Positions 60,722-64,000 of a stretch of 64,000 nucleotides of DNA are shown in pieces. The stretch lies in assembly GCA_016931035.1 (NCBI GenBank), contig JAFGFN010000181.1:3664-67663 (forward strand), written 5' to 3'. The first letter of the stretch is position 1; each line of letters begins with the position of its first letter. The position numbers and the translations under genes are program-made. The notes under the pieces were generated by a model. It searched no databases. It saw only the letters and a program-made list of their open reading frames with translations, and had not been told where the DNA came from. The stretch is from Candidatus Sumerlaeota bacterium (lineage in GTDB: Bacteria; Sumerlaeota; Sumerlaeia; UBA8349).

Positions 60722-63079
60722 CTAGTCGTAGATCTGCCAATGTCTCGCCGACAGAGGTTCCGGGGTAGGCGATGGAGTCGGGGTGGGGGTCGGGGTCGGA
60801 ACGCTCGCGTCGAGAACCAGGGCGAACGTCCCGTTGAGACGGTCGGCGTTGGCGGGAGAGAAGTACAGGGTCCGGTTGGCGAGGGACCAGGTCGCGTCCT
60901 CTTGGGTCCACGCCCCGTCGGCCTCGCGGTACATCAGGGCGACGGCGTCGGCCGAGATTTCCGGAGCGAAAAACGCGATCGTCCCCTGCTGCACGACTTC
61001 GCGTAAAGGTCGCGCGACCCAGACGACGTAGAGTCGTCCGGCGTAGAAGTCGGGCGGGAGAGTGTCGGCGAGACTCGACGTGTCGATGCAGCGCAGCACC
61101 CCCGCAATCTGGTTGCCCGTCGCGGCGATGCCGCTCCGAGCCGTGAGGCCGAGCGCCGCGCCGCAACCGGAATCCCAAACCAGGTTGGAGTCGGACCACA
61201 GGTACAGAGTTGTTGTGTAGTTGCTCTCGACGGGTTTGCCCGTTCGCCAGGGATTGTACGCCACGCTCGCACCGACCGTGTAGTTCCATTCGACCGAGGC
61301 GCCCGGGCTGGACCCGTCCCATTGGACTTTGGGTCCTTGGTCCGTTCCCCAGTAGTTCTGGCACGCATCGGTGTTGAGGCTCGCCGCGTTGTTGTAGACT
61401 CCCCATTCGCCGCAGAGGCCGAGGGTGGAGTCGCTGATGTAGACCGCTGAACCGTCGTTCACGAAAAGCGAGTAGTCGTGCGCGCCTCCGCCCCGATCGT
61501 TGTCGCGGAAGTCGACGAATCGAAGCGTGGGAAACGCGTTCTGGTAGGCTAGGACGGCTCCGGCATTGTGTCCGATGATTGACGACAGATAGACGCCGAC
61601 GTTGCCCCCTTGGATCTCGATTCCCTTCTGATTCTCGACCATGAGACACGAGTCCACGCTCATGCCCTGCGTCCCCTTGAAACGGACGCAATAGTCCGGC
61701 GCCTGGGCGAAGATGTTGCCTTTCACGTAAGCGGTGGAGATGTTGTCCACGAGCAGGTTGCAGATGACGCTGCCGACAACGGTGTTGTTCAGCACCTGGG
61801 CGTCGATAGAGGGACGGCTCGGATCGAGCTCGTCCCTCACAACGGCCACGCCCTGATGACCGCTGCCGCTTATCAGAGAGTCCCGCACGACGATGTTGCC
61901 CGCGCTGCACCCCATGAACGCGACGCCCGTCATGACGCTGTTCATCACGCGGCATCGTTCGACGATTCCGGTGGACCGGTAAAAGTAGATTCCGTCGGCC
62001 CCGGCGCTCTGGACAACGCTATCGACGAGTCGCACGTCGTGCGCGTTCCCTATGCTCAAAGCGGAATACTGGGGCGTATAGAACGTGCATCGTTCCGCGT
62101 CGGCGGTCCCTCCGGGCGAGTGCAACTGAACGTCGATCGAATTCTGGTAATTGATGAAAGTCGAGTCGCGAACGGTCACCGCCCCGCCGGTGTTGACGGC
62201 GATACCCGAACCGCTCCCGCCGTTGAGAACCGAGCCCGCGTCGATGGTGAAGGCGCCTTCGGCAATCTGCACTCCGTGAGTCGAGCCCAGCACGCTCACA
62301 CCGTGCAGGGCGCCCGAGGTACCGTTGTGGAAATTGAATCCGATGCTGCCAAACGAGGTCTGCGTCACCGTCACGTTCGAGACGTTGACCGTTCCGTCGC
62401 TCACGAAGACGGCGCTGCCGGCCGACTGATTCACCGTCCCTCCATTCCACGTGAGCGTTCCCGCGTTCTGCTGAAAACTGTAGGCACAGCTCGAGAACGA
62501 CGTGTTTGTCAGATCGACCGTGACGGTGTCGAACGCGTTGAGGCCGATCCCGCAGGATTGAACGGCGACGTTGTTGGCGCGGAAAGTGGCTGTCTCGGAC
62601 ACGAAGATCCCCGTGTTCGCGCCGTTGCCGGTCACGCTGCAGTCGTTGGCGACGAACGTTCCCGTCCCGGACGCGGCCAAGACGCCCCAGCTCGTCGTGC
62701 AAGCGATCACGCAGTTCGAGACGGTGAGTGTGGCGTTGGACAGGACCCTCAGCGGTCCCCCGTACACCGTAATCGTCGCTCCGTTGCCCGAAATGGTCTT
62801 GTCCTGAGTCGCGTCGAATCCCCACGTCAGGTAATAGCTGTTCGAGGAGTTCAGGGTCACCGCGGATTGGCTCGAGAGAATCGGAGCCAGATCGACCGAC
62901 GCGGCGCCGACTGGCGCCGCCGTAGAAACGGCCGCCCAGAAGACGACAAGCCGGAGCAGGCTCGTGCGGCTTCGCCCTTGGGGGGCCCTGGCCGACGTCT
63001 CTCGATATGACCGCTTGGAGTGGGAACCGTATGGACTTCGCCGAGGAGGTCGAACGGCGGGGATCTTCTTCAACTGCAT
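60722..63079 (-). CDS. Secreted right-handed parallel beta-helix protein with Pro/Thr linker and WQIYD tail
   Basis: GGAGG RBS; signal-like LLRLVVFWAAVSTAAPVGA. Repetitive G-I-x-V / N,S,T-rich beta-helix coils. Ends PTPTPTPTPSPTPEPLSARHWQIYD. Confidence 0.8.
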   Translation of the reverse strand: MQLKKIPAVRPPRRSPYGSHSKRSYRETSARAPQGRSRTSLLRLVVFWAAVSTAAPVGAASVDLAPILSSQSAVTLNSSNSYYLTWGFDATQDKTISGNGATITVYGGPLRVLSNATLTVSNCVIACTTSWGVLAASGTGTFVANDCSVTGNGANTGIFVSETATFRANNVAVQSCGIGLNAFDTVTVDLTNTSFSSCAYSFQQNAGTLTWNGGTVNQSAGSAVFVSDGTVNVSNVTVTQTSFGSIGFNFHNGTSGALHGVSVLGSTHGVQIAEGAFTIDAGSVLNGGSGSGIAVNTGGAVTVRDSTFINYQNSIDVQLHSPGGTADAERCTFYTPQYSALSIGNAHDVRLVDSVVQSAGADGIYFYRSTGIVERCRVMNSVMTGVAFMGCSAGNIVVRDSLISGSGHQGVAVVRDELDPSRPSIDAQVLNNTVVGSVICNLLVDNISTAYVKGNIFAQAPDYCVRFKGTQGMSVDSCLMVENQKGIEIQGGNVGVYLSSIIGHNAGAVLAYQNAFPTLRFVDFRDNDRGGGAHDYSLFVNDGSAVYISDSTLGLCGEWGVYNNAASLNTDACQNYWGTDQGPKVQWDGSSPGASVEWNYTVGASVAYNPWRTGKPVESNYTTTLYLWSDSNLVWDSGCGAALGLTARSGIAATGNQIAGVLRCIDTSSLADTLPPDFYAGRLYVVWVARPLREVVQQGTIAFFAPEISADAVALMYREADGAWTQEDATWSLANRTLYFSPANADRLNGTFALVLDASVPTPTPTPTPSPTPEPLSARHWQIYD

Positions 63080-63282
63080 TGAATCCTCCGGCCGGCTCAA
63101 GGGGGGGATGACGGGCCCTCGCGCCCTGGTCGACAAGCATCTCTCGCGGAGAGAAGTCGGCCCGCGCGACAACGCAGGAACTCCTCCCCGCGTCGCGCCG
63201 GCGGCGAACCCTCTCCTCCACGGATCTTATCGGAAGTCTAGCCCCGGGGTTGAGTGGGTCGCCTCTCTTCAAGCGGCCGATT

Positions 63283-64000
63283 TCATTCCTCCACGAGGTG
63301 CGAGACAACGACGCGCCTCCGCGTCCGCCCGCCGAAGGGCAGTAGAAGAGAGGAGTCCCAGTCGGTGGCCTCGATGGTCTCGATTCGCCGTCCGAGCGAT
63401 TCGAGTCTCGATGCGGGCAGATCGTAGTCGCGGTAGACGTCCCACATCAGAACGGATGGCCGTTCGGGCCGCAACGATTCGTCGCGCAACTCGCGGATGT
63501 TTCGGACGCGCCACCCGTCGCTCTTCCATCTGAGTCGCCCATTGTCCATTCCCATTCCGTCCGGGTTTTCGTAAATCAAGGGCCAATGAGTGTAGACGGT
63601 CCGAATCGGATTCTGTGCGACCCGGCGATACGCCTCTTCGTAGGCGCGATCCACGCTCCGAAGTCTGGCCGCGACGTTCAGGCCGTCGAGACACGACGCC
63701 GTCGTTGTGAACGCGAGGACCAGGAGTCCGAAACCGCGAACCCAATGCGGCAGTTCGAGTCGAGCCATCGCGTCCAGACCTCGGACGGCCAAGAGCAAGG
63801 CGGCCACGAGCAAGACGAGCGGATAGTTCCACGCCAACCAGGCAATCGTTTGTCCGCGATCGTCGAGACCGATCTTGGCGAAGCACAACAGCGCCAATGT
63901 CCCCGGGACGATGCCCGAAAGCAGAACGAGCGACACACGGTCGAAACGCACTCGGAGTGCGCCCGTCGCGACGCCCACCCCCAGAGCCGCCCCAAACGCC
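63283..64000 (-). CDS. Membrane protein, 5'-truncated (possibly the C-terminus of a GT-C type glycosyltransferase)
   Basis: Frame is open to the window edge; three hydrophobic segments then a soluble tail. Confidence 0.5.
   Translation of the reverse strand, partial: AFGAALGVGVATGALRVRFDRVSLVLLSGIVPGTLALLCFAKIGLDDRGQTIAWLAWNYPLVLLVAALLLAVRGLDAMARLELPHWVRGFGLLVLAFTTTASCLDGLNVAARLRSVDRAYEEAYRRVAQNPIRTVYTHWPLIYENPDGMGMDNGRLRWKSDGWRVRNIRELRDESLRPERPSVLMWDVYRDYDLPASRLESLGRRIETIEATDWDSSLLLPFGGRTRRRVVVSHLVEE

Overview
High-GC bacterial DNA. The short C-terminal W-x-[LI]-[YH] tails and DUF6785-like transporters suggest Ca. Sumerlaeota (BRC1) or a related PVC/FCB-adjacent lineage, but this is inference only. 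From left to right the window holds: a partial asnB-like amidotransferase; an orphan hisF; a frameshifted SEFIR-domain gene; a TetR-led operon (lysine 2,3-aminomutase, GNAT-HDAC fusion, two D-Ala-D-Ala-ligase-like ATP-grasps, GNAT); an HtrA-like protease; a secreted pectate lyase; murC; a lone DUF4238-like gene; and an NtrC-type regulator. A ~32 kb co-oriented pectin/rhamnogalacturonan locus follows (PL1 x2, CE8 x2, CE12, GH63-like, GH106 x2, GH2, GH78, GH127, two tandem DUF6785-like membrane proteins). Embedded in it are a toxin-antitoxin pair, a RubisCO-like protein and a racemase-family protein. The right end has surface-glycan genes, a cobalamin-riboswitch-controlled btuFDC-cobO operon and a secreted beta-helix protein. 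Several families of REP-like palindromes and short-period repeats occur, some inserted in frame inside enzymes. The best candidates for new biology are a shared C-terminal sorting-like motif on three unrelated secreted proteins, a GH127/RubisCO-like module for branched pectin sugars, and the beta-lysine/ATP-grasp/acetylation operon. No rRNA, tRNA, CRISPR array or transposase was seen. All family calls come from motif recognition by eye; no searches were run.
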